From positions 61,258,001-61,322,000 of the forward strand of contig CM059432.1 in the NCBI GenBank assembly GCA_030390025.1: DNA of 64,000 nucleotides. Direction: 5' to 3'. This document shows, in pieces, positions 22,119-33,863 of the stretch. The notes beneath the pieces are model-generated. The model was not told the origin of the DNA. It saw nothing but the letters and a program-made list of their open reading frames with translations, and ran no database searches. Source of the DNA: Squalus acanthias. Taxonomy: Eukaryota. Position 1 is the stretch's first letter. Every line of letters begins with the position of its first letter. Made by a program: the position numbers and the translations under genes.

Positions 22119-25100
22119 TGCCGCGAAATTCAGCACATTAGTGCCAGTAGCTATGGCCATTTTTTTTTTTTAAAAGTCGTCCGCCTTGCTTCCGCCCACT
22201 TCCGACGAAGCCCGCGCTATCGCCATCTCGGTGAGGGCGATAGCGCGGGCGGTACATGCGTGCACTGGCAGTACGCAGAGTAGGCAGATCGTGATGTCAG
22301 TCAACGAGTAACACTGACTTGATGCACAACCTGCCATTTTTGACATCGCCGCTCCATTCAACGCCCTTTCCTAAACACGCACAGCTGAACATGCGTTCAG
22401 GTGGATGAGGGACCCTCCCCCACCAGCGCAATTTAAAGGGATACATCCAACTTGCAGGTAAGTTGCTTATTGCTTTTATACTGGCTCTTGCAGAGTTTGT
22501 ATGAGTACTGAGTTGCTGGAAGACAGTGTGCAGAGAGTCCTGATGGATGTTGGGAATGCATTGGCTGCTACTGGAAGGCCTCTGAGAACACCACTTGCTC
22601 CCAGTCATGGAGGCTCGAGCTGCAATCCCCCTCGCACTGCACCACAACAGGGAGATGGAGCAGAGGCAGCAAAGAAGACAAGCTGTGTGCAGAGGGAGGA
22701 GAGCGGGAGGAGGGCTCTCAGCAGAAAGCCTAACCCACCTAGGATCTTCAGGGAGCACTTCTCCTACCTACACCTAAGCCAGGAGCAGTGTGTTTGGCGG
22801 CTTCACCTCACCAGGGAGGTGGTCGCAGAACTCTGCCACCTCTTGGAACCAGACTTGCAGCCTCAGAGCAGGGCGACAATGGCTCTGCCAGTGCCCGTCA
22901 AGGTGACCATGGCCCTGAATTTTGTCACCAGCTGATCCTTCAAGGCTGGAACAGGCGACATAGCAAACATCTCGCAGTTCGCCAAAGCGGTGCCTCAGCA
23001 ATCCTAGTAAAGGCATAAAGGGATATGGAGAATGAGAGGGGATCTCATTGAAGTATACAAAATTATTACAGGGCTTGATAGGGTGGATGCTGGGAGAATG
23101 TTTCCCTTGGCTGGGGAGTCTAGAACCAGGATATGGCGATAGGGCCGGTGAATGGAATTGAGGCAGAAGATCAGCCATGATCTCATTGAATGGAGGAGTA
23201 GGCTCGAAGGGCCGAATGGCCTACTCCTACTCCTATTTCTTATGTTCTTATGCTACCCCAGTGGCTGCAGCATGGCTGGTGGAAGGCTGCTGACTTTCAG
23301 TGGGGGAGACTGCAGATGGCCTTGCAGGAGGGCCTCGAGCATCTCTGGGCCTACAAGGCCCAGCTGTAGACTGCGCCACCTCAGCATGGGCAGCAGCAGT
23401 CTGAGTGGGCTGGCTGACAGGCAACATCAAGGGCACTGGCGGAGTGGCAGAAGTACGAATGCTGTCATCCTGAGAGGACAGCAGGTTCGTACTCCACGGA
23501 GCCACTGCCACTCCCCCAAAGCGGTGCCTCAGCAATCCTAGTAATCTGTTGGAAGACAGATTGCTGGACTCCTGTGACACTCTGCAAGCCCCTTTCCACA
23601 CTCATAAACAATGGCAGCAGTCTGAGCTTGCATGGCAGCAAGCCGAGCTTGCATGACAGAAGTCTGAGCTTCCTCTGCAGTACTCAGACGTTGTCGCTTC
23701 CGCTTGTGCTGCAATGGAAGCTGAGACATCGGCATCAGACTCTGCATCATGGTTGAGTCCACAAGTGCTTTGATGCAGTTGCCCATCACTTCCATCCTGA
23801 AAATCATGGGCACCAAGTTCTGCACAAAGCTGGAGCTGGACTCCTCCATGCTCCTTGACAGTGACAACAGGTTCTTTGGCAGGCCTGCCAATGCACCAAG
23901 CATTTCTGTGTGCATGCCCATCACCCTTCTTCTGAAGGCCACCACATCAAAGTCCTCATCTGAGTCCTCTGCAGCAGAACTTGTGTGCGACCTCACCCTC
24001 CAGGGAGCTGGCACCTGTGGTAGCCTTTCCCCTTGCCCTTGCTGCAGGTTACTCGAGCCCACTGACTCACCATGTGCAAATCCCGCCTCTAAACTACCCT
24101 CTAAAGTGCGAGTGTCAGATCAAGTGATGGTGTCTCTTCTTCTCAAGCACTCTCCTCTTGTTCTTCCTGCACTGGCTGGGAAGCTTCAAGTTCTTGGGTA
24201 GCTGAAAGGAGAAAGGCACAAAGGTAGGGTTGTGGTGAGGGGAGGGGCCGAAAGCAAGATGTGCATGCTTACACCATCAGCAGCTTGTAAGTGAAAAGTG
24301 ATTGTGGGATGAGGGAGCAGTGGAATGTGAAAAGGAGGATTAGGTATGAGCATACCATCATCATCAATGGTTTCTGCCTCGCTGATCGCCACAGCCTCAG
24401 TGACGACCCCTCCAATGATGTCTAGCACAGCCTCCTCCAGCTGGGTCAGAATATGCAGCTGTGCCTGTCCCCCGCCGGTTAGCTGCTGCTGTCTCCCATT
24501 ATGCGCCACCTTGGCCAGCTCGGGAAAGGGAAGTGTGTCAGTGAATGTGGTGCAATGTGTTTGGGTGATGTGCCTATCATGTTTGAATAGCTGGATGTGT
24601 GTGCAAGGTGTGAGGCTTGCAACAGTGATCAGTGTGTGAAGGTGAGGTGAAGCTATGATTGTGACGTAAGAGTCGTGATTGATAGAGATTGTTGGTAGGT
24701 GAGTGATTGGGGGTGTGGTGCATTGAGCAGTGTGTGAGGCTGGTGGTGCAGTTGGTGGAATATGGTATTTGAAGATGCATTCACTGAGCTTGACCACTTG
24801 TGTGAGGTCATTAAACTTTGACACTGAATCCAGTTCCTGGGGGAAAGACTACTGGCAGTGCCTGCTTCAGTTATCTGATCCCACTGCCTTCTTACAGTGA
24901 GTCTAGAGGGCCTCCTGGCCCCCTACGGGTAGAGGACCGGTCTCCTCCTTTCGACCCCCTGCACTAAGGCCTCCAGTGCTGCATCTGAGAACCCTTTCTC
25001 TGCCCTGTTGAGTCATGGCTACCTTACAGTTGCCTTGACAACAATTACAATGAGGTGCTTATTTCAGAAAGCACCTCTCCTTGAAGAAGTACACACTGGG

Positions 25101-26194
25101 TTTCAAACTGGAGGCTAGCTTTAAAGAGATCGGGGGAGAAATTCAGTATCGCCCCATTTGGGGCGCAATTATCGGCCGGGCGCAAAGATTAGCGCCTGGC
25201 GCTAATTATCGCCACCGACTGCAAACTTGACTTTTATCGCCCCTGGAGGTGATTGGAGCGCTAAATCAGGCGCTTCACACCTGTCTTAAGGCGCAAAGGC
25301 CGAGGAGCGAGGCGCTACCTCAGAGCGCTGGCGAAGCTCATGTAACGTCAGTCAGCAATGGAAGACACACACAATGGCACGGGCCAGTTCTTAAAGGGGA
25401 TGGTTAATCTTGATTTCCATCCACATCCTGCTCATTGCAGCCTTGAATCTCGGCCTGGAGAGACCTGCACATCAAATCTGCTGGAACGAAAAATGGAGAG
25501 TACCAGGCAAAGAGCTCAGAGTGCAGCCCCCACAGTCTCTTCTAAATCGATACAAGGAATGGCAAATCAAAATGAACCTGCAAAGTGCTGCTCAGTACCC
25601 AAAACTCCTTCACACAACGTTGAATCTCTCCAGAAGTCTCTCTTTCTCTCTCTCAGAATGCGTAGTTCAAAAATGGCACCAACAATAAAAGGCAGGAAGC
25701 GGTCACCTTTAAATAGCGCTCCCCCTTTCCCTTCATGACTGCAGAACGCTCCCCTCAACCTGTCGTTGCTAGCGTCAGGCAGTAAGGCAGGGGGCGCCAC
25801 TCAATTTCCGCTCTGCGGCGATACCGGGGCGTTGCGCACTCGACTGACGTCACGATCTGCCAGCGCAGGAGATCGTGGCGGTAGTGTTTAGCGCCGCCGC
25901 AAAATGTCTAGTTAATTTCGCGAGCGGCGCAAACTTCGCCGCACCTGGGCGCTAGAAGCTTTACGCCGCATTAGCACCCTCTTAAGGCGCTAACGGGAGG
26001 TGCAACCAACTGAATTTTTCCCCCCATCATATCTCACGAACTTGGGCCTCCGCTGAGCGTTCAGCCACTCAGTAGCACTTTCAGCGCTGGGCTGAACGCA
26101 ACAATCATGTTAATTAGCATGCAGTACGAATGTCGCATGCTGCCTGCATTACTTTCAACGGGCGTGGGCAGATCGTGCATCAAATTTTTAGCCC
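22119..26194 (+). mobile_element. Defective two-gene Harbinger transposon (transposase N-terminus on +, spliced Myb/SANT gene on -)
   Basis: TSD aac (22116-22118, 26195-26197); right TIR aaatttttagccc; RIFREHFSYLHLSQEQC..ALPVPVKVTMALNF; minus-strand KFNDL and KVAHNGRQQQLTGGG. Confidence 0.85.
25132..26025. mobile_element. MITE family A copy nested in the Harbinger element, inverted relative to 9311-9989
   Basis: TIR gggggagaaatt/aatttttcccccc, TSD atc (25129-25131, 26026-26028). Confidence 0.85.
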
Positions 26195-27564
26195 AACTTC
26201 TCTACTTTTAAATTATATTCCTCCAGTGCTTTGTTTGCATTTTTATGGCTTTGTTAACCTGCATTGCTAGTTTTAATTTGTGCATCTGTACCCCTAGATC
26301 CCGTTGCTCCTCTACCCCATTTAGATTTATTTTCCAAGGAATATGCGACCTCCTTATTCATCCTATCAAAATACACCACCTCACATTTAATCTATATTAA
26401 AATTCATATGAATGTAAATGGCAAATGAATTTTACATTCATATTCTGCAAGTTTGTCGATGTCTTGTATTTTGTCGCAGTCTTCCTCAGTATCAACCATC
26501 CCCTCCAATTTGTTGTCTTCCGCAAATTTTGATATTGTACTTCCGATTCCCAAGTCCAAATCAGTTATGTAAAATAGTGAACAACATTGGCCCCAGCACT
26601 GATCCTTGTGGACACCACTTCCCACCTTCCGCCAGTCTGAGTGACTACCTATAAACCCTGCTCTCTGTTTTCCGATGCTGTAACTTCTCGAAGGCCTTTT
26701 GAAAGTCCAAGAACTGTTTCACTGATGGTAAGCCCAACAGCATTCCAATGTTCAGTAATTCAGAACAAGCAAATTATGTGAAACAGTTCTTGCCCTCCAC
26801 CAACTCACTCTGCAAAATTATCTCAAACATTTTCCAAACTTGCCAAAAGAACCCTAGAAGCCTAAACCGACTAATAGCTAAAACAACCTCAATGTAGGTG
26901 AGGATCCCTTTAAATACGACTTTTGAAAGCTGCTTGCCGATTGTTCCTGCCCTGATTTGCTGGGCATGTTAAGGAAATGATGTTTGAGGCATGCACGGAC
27001 ATCAATTTAACAAAAGGCCCGATTCAGGCACAGGATCCTTATTATCATATTTAAATGATGCCTTTGCTTGTTGGATGACTATCGAGCAGCAGGACCAATT
27101 TGATGTTGCATGCATTTCTGGCGCACTTCCAGCACGGAATATTGCATTGCGGAATTCGGCCTCATAGTGCCCATTTTGGACCCCAAATGTTACACAGGCG
27201 GAACTTGGCTTGGGTTTCCACGCCTGAACTTTCCAGAGAAACTTGCTGGAAATATGCATGCGTGGACATTAGGTGAGGTACAGCTTGGGTTCATTTCACA
27301 TCCTAAAATAGCTGCTAACATTCGTTATTCAGGTTCTTGATAAAGAATGGTCACTTTGATGAAGTTGTGGAGGATGTAGGGTACAACTTGGCAACAAAGG
27401 CAGCAGAGGAGAAATGTGATAGAAAAAAGGGGGGAAAAATTAAGAAGCTACTTAGTGTTGGTATTAGTTTAATGAGTAATTAATGATGACCTTCACACAG
27501 CTGCCACAGTAAACCAAAAGTGAAATCCTCCATGACTGATCTGTAGTCTGCACAAAGATTTAAA

Positions 27565-27675
27565 AAAAGCAAGACATGCATTTATATAACATCTTTCATG
27601 ACCTCAGGATGTCCCAAAGTGCTATATAACCAATTAAGTACTTTTGAAGGAAAAATCACTGTTGTAATGTAGGAT
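27565..27675 (-). mobile_element. SacSINE1-like tail fragment
   Basis: gcatttatataac...gatgtcccaaagtgc...aagtacttttgaag...gttgtaatgtagga. Confidence 0.7.
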
Positions 27676-27949
27676 TCATTAACCACGACACTTGCAACTG
27701 AGTGCGGTTTAGACAGAGTGCTGCGAGTTGGGTGAGTCAGGGAGTTAGGTGAGGAGTGAAACCGCTAAAGTGACGTCACAACCAGGGAAGGAGCTGATTG
27801 GTAAGTAGGACCTGGTGAGTATTTCTACAATCCAGTCGTTAAAGTCAAAGTAAGGTCTCTAGTTTAGAGTAAGTAGTGTTTAAAGGGAAGTAAGGTCCCT
27901 TGTGTATTTAATATTCTTTAATTTAAAGGAATTAAAGGGAGTGAATTAA

Positions 27950-28904
27950 GGGTAGGACGCGGAAGGGCAGCTCGGCTGCGTGGAGTGCGCCTCCTGTGCT
28001 ATGTGGGAAGTCAGGGACACTTTAGGGGACCAGGGCGAACACATGTGCAGGAAGTGTCTCCAGCTGCAGCTACTCGAAATCCGCATTTCGGAGCTGGAGC
28101 TGCGGCTGGAGTCACGGTGGAGCATCCGCAAAGCTGAGATCTTCGTGGATAGCACGTTTAACGAGGTGGTCACGCTGCAGGTAAAGAGTGCACAGGCAGA
28201 CAGGAAATGGGTGACCACCAGACAGAGTAAAAGAACTAGGAAGGTAGTGCAGGAGTCCCCTGGGTCCATCTTCCTCTCCAACAGATTTTCCATTTTGGAT
28301 ACTGATGGGGGAGATGGTTTCTCAGGGGAATGCAGCAAGAGCCAAGTCCGTGGCACTACGAGTGGCTCAGCTGCACACGAGGGGAGGAAAAAGAGAGAGA
28401 GAGCAATAGTGATAGGGGATTCTATCGTAAGGGGCACAGATAGACGTTTCTGTGGCCGCAGACGTGACTCCAGGATGGTATGTTGCCTCCCTGGTGCCAG
28501 GGTCAAGGATGTCACTGAACGGCTGCAGGACATTCTGAAGGGGGAGGGCAAACAGTCAGAGGTCGTGGTTCACATTGGTACCAATGACATGGGTAGAAAG
28601 AGGGATGAAGTCCTGCAACAAGAATTTAGGGAGCTAGGTAGCAGATTAAAAAGCAGGACCTCAAAAGGTTGTAATCTCTGGATTACTCCCGGTGCCACGT
28701 GCTAGTGAGTATAGGAATAGGAGGATAGAGCAGATGAATGCGTGGCTAAACAGTTGGTGCAGGAGGGAGGGCTTTAGTTTCCTGGATCGCTGGGTCTGCT
28801 TCTGGGGAAGGTGGGACCTGTACAAGTCGGACGGATTGCACCTGAACCGGAACGGGACCAACATCCTTGCGGGGAGGTTTGCGAGTACTGTTGGGGGGGT
28901 TTAA
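27950..28904 (+). pseudogene. CR1 ORF1: zinc finger + leucine zipper + SGNH esterase (one frameshift ~28665)
   Basis: CASC..HMCRKC, LQLLEIRISELELRL, IVIGDSIVRG, HIGTND, DGLHLN. Confidence 0.9.
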
Positions 28905-31841
28905 ACTAACTTGGCAGGGGGGTGGGATACGGAGTGCAGCTATAGTAGGGGTGATGCACAGCCAAATATAGAGGAAAAAACAAGTCAGCCTGGAAGGCAG
29001 AGCAACTATGTAACGGCACAAGGGAGTATGGCAAGGCTGGATGGCATTTATTTTAATTCAAGGAGTCTTGCGAGTAAGGCAGATGAATTGAAGGTGTTGA
29101 TGAACACATGGGAGTATGATATTGTTGCTATCACAGAGACATGGTTGAGGTAGGGGCAGGACTGGCAGCTCAATATTCCGGGGTATAGAATCTTCAGGCG
29201 AGACAGAGGGGGGTGTAAAAGAGGAGGGGGTGTCGCAATATTAATCAAGGAGTCAATTACTGCTGTAAGGAGGGATGATATCTTAGCAGGTTCCTCTAAT
29301 GAAGCCATATGGGTAGAACTTAAAAACAAAAAGGGGGCAAGCACTTTAAGGGAGTGTACTATAGGCCCCCAAACAGTCAGGGGAGATAGAGGAACAGATA
29401 TGTAGGCAAATCTCAGAGAAGTGTAGAAATAATAGGGTAATAATAGGAGGGGATTTCAACTTCCCCAACATTAACTGGGATAGTCAGAGTGTGAAAGGCT
29501 TAGAGGGTGCAGAATTCTTAAAGTGCATCCAGAAGAGCTTTTTGAGCCAGCATGTAGAAAGTCCTACAAGAGAGGGGGCGGTACTGGACCTAATTCTGGG
29601 GAATATAGCCGGGCAAGTGGTAGAAGTGTTAGTAGGAGAGCATTTTGGTGACAGTGACCATAATTCGGTGAGATTTAAGGTAGTCATGGAAAAGGACAAA
29701 GATGGACCGGAAATAAAGGTTCTAAATTGGGGGGGGAAGGCCGATTTTAATATGATAAGGCAGGATCTGGCCAAAGTGGACTGGGATCAGCTACTTGTAG
29801 GAAAATCCACATCAGAGCAGTGGGAGTCTTTCAGAAAGGAAAGAGAGAGTACAACGGCAACATGTTCCCGTAAAGGTCAAGGGTAGGACCAACAAGTCCA
29901 GGGAACCCTGGATGTCAAGGGATATACAAGAATGGATTCGGAAAAAAAGGGAGGCTTTTGGCAGATACAAAGGACTAAAAACAGTGGAAGTCCTAGAGGA
30001 GTATAGAAAGTGCAGGGGGGGTACTTAAAAAAGAAATTAGGAGAGCGAAGAGAGGGCATGAAAAAACACTGGTGGGCAAAATAAAGGAAAATCCCAAGGT
30101 GTTTTATAAGTATATTAAGGGCAAAAGGATAACCAGGGAAAGAGTAGGGCCCATTAGGGACCAAAGTGGCAATCTGTGTGTAGAGCCGGAAGATGTAGGT
30201 GAGGTTTTAAATGAATATTATGCATCTGTGTTCACTATGGAGAAGGACGATGTAGGCATAGAAATCAAGCAGGGGGATTGTGATATACTTGAACAAATTA
30301 GTATTGAGAGGGAGGAGGTACTAGCGGTTTTAGCGGGCTTAAAAATGGATAAATCCCCAGGCCCCGATGGGATGTATCCCAGGCTGCTGTGTGAGGCAAG
30401 GGAGGAGATTGCAGGGGCTCTGACACAAATTTTCAGAACCTCTCTGGCCACAGGGAAGGGGCCAGAGGACTGAGAACAGCTAATGTAGTACCATTGTTCA
30501 AGAAGGGTAGTAGGGATAAACCAGGGAATTACAGGCCAGTGACCCCAACATCAGTGGTAGGGAAATTATTGGAAAAAATTCTGAGGGACAGAATTAGTCT
30601 CCACTTGGAGAGGCAGGGATTAATCAGGGATAGTGAGCATGGCTTTGTCAGGGGGAGATCATGTCTGACCAATTTGATTGCATTTTTCGAGGGGGTGACT
30701 AGGTGTGTGGATGAAGGTAGTGCAGTTGATGTAGTCTACATGGACTTCAGTAAGGCTTTTGACAAAGTCCCACATGGGAGACTGGTCAAGAAGGTAAGAG
30801 CCCATGGGATCCAGGGCAATTTGGCACATTGGATCCAAAATTGGCTTAGTGGCAGGAGGCAGAGGGTGATGGTCGAAGGTTGTTTTTGTGACTGGAAGCC
30901 TGTGTTCAGTGGTGTACCGCAGGGATCGGTGCTGGGTCCTTTGCTGTTTGTAGTGTACATTAATGATTTAGATATGAATGTAGGAGGTATGATCAGTAAG
31001 TTCGCAGATGACACGAAAATTGGTGGAGTGGTAAAAAGCGAGGAGGGAAGCCTCAGGCTACAGGATGATATAGATGGGTTGGTTAGATGGGCAGAACAGT
31101 GGCAAATGGAATTTAACCCTGAAAAGTGTGAGGTGATGCATTTTGGGAGGACTAACAAGGCAAGGGAATACACAATGAATGGTAGGACCCTAGGAAGGAC
31201 AGAGGATCAGAGTGACCTTGGTGTGCATGTACATAGATCCCTGAAGGCATCAGGACAGGTAGATAAGGTGGTTAAAAAGGCATATGGGATACTTGCCTTC
31301 ATTAGCTGAGGCATAGAATATAAGAGCAGGGAGGTTATGATGGAGCTGTACAAAACGCTAGTTAGGCCACTGCTGGAATACTGTGTGCAGTTCTGGTCGC
31401 CACACTATAGGAAGGATGTGATTGCATTGGAGAGGGTGCAGAGGAGATTCACCAGGATGTTACCTGGGCTGGAGCGCTTCAGCTATGAAGAGAGACTGGA
31501 CAGGCTGGAGTTGTTTTCCTTAGAGCAGAGAAGGCTGAGGGGGGGACCTGATTGAGGTGTACAAAATTATGAGGGGCACAGATAGGGTAGATAGAAAGGA
31601 ACTTTTCCCCTTCGTAGAGGGGTCAATAACCAGGGGGCATAGTTTCAAGGTAAGGGGCAGGAGGTTTAGAGGGGATTTGAGGAAAAACTTTTTCACCCAG
31701 AGGGTGGTTGGAATCTGGAACTCACTGCCTGAAAGGGTGGTAGAGGCAGGAACCCTCACAACATTCAAGAAGCATTTAGATGAGCACTTGAAACGCCATA
31801 GCATACAAGGCTACGGACCAAGTGCTGGAAAATGGGATTAG
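28905..31841 (+). pseudogene. CR1 ORF2: APE endonuclease + reverse transcriptase, disrupted
   Basis: [53 protein letters not shown]. Confidence 0.93.
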
Positions 31842-32829
31842 AATAGACAGGGCTTGATGGCCAGCGCGGACATGATGGGCCGAAGGGCCTCTTTGTGTGC
31901 TGTATAACTCTATGACTCTATCTGTGACTCTATGAAAGGGAATGTCCAGAATGAAACAACACTTAACCTATATTTGGGATGAATTGCTCACAAAGCAGCC
32001 ATTGTGATACCAATACTCCAAAATTCACTGCAGAAAAGTCAGATTCATAACATGGCAAATGTCAACTGGATTACTTTCCTCCAAATAGAAGAGGAAATGT
32101 CCATTCAATGATATACGAGGCAAAATCCTGACAGGGCTGCTCTGCCAGCGCCAGCGGGGTGGAGCGGATCTTCCATCCACCTAAATCAAAGGTCGCAGAT
32201 TCCAGCCCAAACTCCAGAGACAGGTTAATTTATATGGTTGGAGTAGACTTCCTATGGCTGTAAGGGCACTCGCCCCAATCCACTAGTGTAGTATCAGAGG
32301 GATCTAGAGAGCCAGCCCATGCCTAAAGTAATATTATGGGCTAAAAATTTGGTTGAGCGCTACAGGTCCAGTTTTGGGTCGAAAATGGCGCCTGAGCAGC
32401 GCGCGCACACTTCTGGTGTGGGCCATGGTGGTTGGCATTTTAGTGAAGGCATTAACGTCGATGCTAGGAGCGTGCACCGTTTATGCAGAGTATGCAGACC
32501 GTGACGCCAATCAGCGTGTAATGCTGATTTGATGCCAGCGCTGCCATTTCCGACCTCAAACGCTGGAGCTAATGCCCTCGATTAACCTCGCACAGCTGAG
32601 CATGCATTCAGCAGTAGGAATGACCCTCCACCAGTGATACTTAAAGGGATCATCACCTACTTACTGGTTAGCTGCTGATTGATTTCTACTAGCTGTTGCT
32701 GAATTTGTAGAAGTGTTATGTGCTTTCTAGACTTCTTTAAAGTTGTCTAACGTCTACAAGGAGTGGTGTGACACATGCTCAAGGACTTGGTACTGACTTG
32801 CAAGGGGTTTGCTCAGACCAGTTGCTCCC

Positions 32830-33690
32830 AGAGGTGCTCATTAAAATCTGCCACCTGCTACAGGCAGACCTGCAGCCTCAGTTCAGGGAGAGGACAGTAT
32901 TGCCAATGGCCGTAAAGGTGACCATTCCTTGCGTCGGGATCCTTCCAGGCTGGAGCAAGGCGACATCTGTAGCATCTCCCAGTTTGACATCCACTCCTGT
33001 ATAAGGGAGGTGAGTGAGGCTCTGTATGCAGAGAGTTGAATACGTTTCATTCTCTCTTGCAGAGAGAAGCAGGCGGAGTGAGCACACAGCTTCACCAGGA
33101 TAGCAGGCTACCGAATAGTGCAGGGTGCCATTGACTGCACGCACGTCACTTTGCAGGCGCCACATCTCAATTCGGAGATGTACCGCAACCGGAAGGGATT
33201 CCACTCCCTCAATGTCCAGCTGGTATGCGACCATACTCAGCATATCATGCAGGTCAATGCTCGGTATCCTGGCGGCAGTCATGATGCCTTCATTCTGCAG
33301 CAGTCCGCTGTACCATCAGCATTTAAGCCACTACGACAGAGGGTGGCTACTGGGTGACAAGGGCTATCCGCTGACCACCTGGCTCATGACATACAATGAA
33401 AGCCATGGTGTCACACGGAATCTCAGAACAGATCATTGGCATCATTAAACAACGCTTCCGCTGCCTGGACCGCTCTGGAGGAGCCCTGCAGTACTCGCCA
33501 GAGTGCGTCTCAAGATTCGTCGTGGTCTGCTGCATGCTCCACAACCTTGCCATCATGAGGGCAGAGTCCTTGCCACCAGGAATACAACGACTAGTTGAGG
33601 AGGAGGAGGAAGGGAAGAGGCAACCCAGACAGCCCCTTTCTGCCCAGGATCTCAGTGATTGACTCATCCGCCTATGGCACCAGTGAACCC
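32830..33690 (+). pseudogene. Harbinger DDE transposase (HARBI1-like fold), frameshifted
   Basis: GAIDCTHV, NRKGFHSLNVQLVCD, PGGSHDAFIL, WLLGDKGYPL, FRCLDRSGGALQYSP, CCMLHNLA. Confidence 0.92.
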
Positions 33691-33863
33691 AACCCCAATT
33701 CCCCATTCACCAATAATCTCACACCTTACCTTCCCACTGTTACTGACCATCACAGCGTCCTTTTGGTCACAATGCTACAATAAAAGCCACCACAAAACAA
33801 ACATTCCAAACTAATTTTGAGTCAAACCATTATGATATTTCATTCAAAAGTCTACTAATCACC

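Larger units (their letters stand above)
20776..26710 (-). mobile_element. CR1 3' region split by a MITE (20894-21646) and a Harbinger element (22119-26194)
   Basis: Tail at 20776; RT motifs TDLDLGIGSTISKFAEDNKL at ~26500-26570; host continuity across TSDs. Confidence 0.75.
27690..31935 (+). mobile_element. Near-full-length CR1 LINE (5'UTR, ORF1, ORF2, ctctatga tail), inactivated
   Basis: ORF1 and ORF2 motifs in order with frameshifts and stops; 3' (ctctatga)n; 5' boundary approximate. Confidence 0.93.

Noticed and set aside
27946..31804. Long antisense ORFs over CR1 (also 42717-44921)
   Set aside because: Shadow frames of LINE coding sequence
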